From Octopus vulgaris (taxonomy: Eukaryota), in assembly GCA_951406725.2 (NCBI GenBank), contig OX597815.1:76384001-76448000 (forward strand): 64,000 bases of DNA, in the 5' to 3' direction. Below the pieces are notes generated by a model that ran no database searches, was not told where the DNA came from, and worked only from the letters and a program-made list of their open reading frames with translations. Below are positions 62,931 through 64,000 of the stretch, in pieces; within the stretch, counting starts at the first letter, position 1; each line of letters starts with the position of its first letter. Both the position numbers and the translations under genes were made by a program.

Positions 62931-64000
62931 TATGTCTGTCTATCTGTCTGTCTGTCTGCCTCTCTGTATGTATGTATGCATGTGTGTGTCTGTGTTTGTG
63001 TTTGTGTCACCACCATCACTCAACAACTGTTTTGGTTTGTTTATGTCTTTGTAACTTAGCAGTTTGATGAAAAAGACCAATAGAATAAGTACCAGACTTA
63101 TAAGGATATGTACTGGGGTTGATTTTTTCCAACTAAACCCCACTAGGCAGTGCCCCCTGCATAGTTGCTGTCCAATGATTGAAACAAATACGGAAAAAAA
63201 AGAGATTAAAAAAATCTATATAATCTAAATTTCTGTTTTGCAACCATACCCCACCACCTCAAAATGACTATAGTTTTCCACACAGGGTCATCAATGTGGA
63301 TGCCAGTGGAGCACCAGTCAACATCATTTACAGTTGGAACTATGGTGGTATCTGATTGTCTTCAAACCTCTGACTTTTGCTCTTGATTGAGGAAAATGTG
63401 CTTGCTGAGGGAGATTTAGCAGCTATTTCTCATGGACCAAGCAATCATGTAGATGTTCCTTCATTGCCTATTTATGTTAAATGTCAAAGTGGATAGAGTG
63501 TTAGACAAGTAACTTCAATGTACTAAATTCAAATATGTTGTAATCTGTTAAGTCTTCTAGTCGGACATTTAATTGAATTTGCTTTTGTTTGTCCGGACGC
63601 TGACAATGAAATACCAGATATTTTGGAAATGTTATCTGCAGTAGCTTGACATGCTATCCAGAGAAAGATGTATCTCAGAAGCACTTAATACTGTAGTGTG
63701 GGTGGGTTTAATATCAGCCTGATGATCTCTTATAACTCACAAAGACTTCTATTTATATAATCTAGAATAGCTTGACAATGATTGGATGAAAATAATGTTA
63801 TCTATCTGGAATTGCAGACAACTGATGGGTCAAAGTGACAAGGTGGTGGTTGTAATTTATTTGTTTATTATCATCTTTTTTTTTTTTAATTATTACATCC
63901 TGTTAAGAGAATGAACTTCTTTCATTTTACTATTAGCAAACCCAAATATACTGTTTTAGTTCTAGTGGTGATCTTTAGCAGCGAGCTTTCATTGTTTGCT

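Overview
AT-rich, repeat-saturated eukaryotic DNA with no recognisable host gene. The tRNA-derived SINE families and the (TA)n/(TACA)n/(CAT)n microsatellites resemble a cephalopod (Octopus-like) genome, which is inference. The window holds Penelope-like retroelements (PLEs): a near-intact Neptune-type element at 1-2955 and Naiad-type pieces at 28876-32320 and 33428-34260. It also holds a full-length frameshifted mariner, a maT/DD37D remnant, Tx1/L1, RTE and R4/Dong-type LINE remnants, non-autonomous Helitrons, MITEs and many SINEs. Most ORFs in the supplied track are microsatellite artefacts. The main observation is an RNA-level system: about ten type I hammerhead ribozyme (HHR) motifs, intact or decayed, from several families. 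One is a young ~360-nt non-coding HHR unit in tandem plus inverted arrangement at 27032-28469 (retrozyme/pLTR-like). Just downstream of its cleavage site lies a second, unidentified multi-stem RNA motif that recurs with compensatory changes at 31363-31530 and 34358-34503. The Neptune-type PLE also has an upstream ORF joined to its RT ORF by an in-frame U-UUU-UUA -1 slippery site. All RNA structures were paired by eye and none has been computed or tested.
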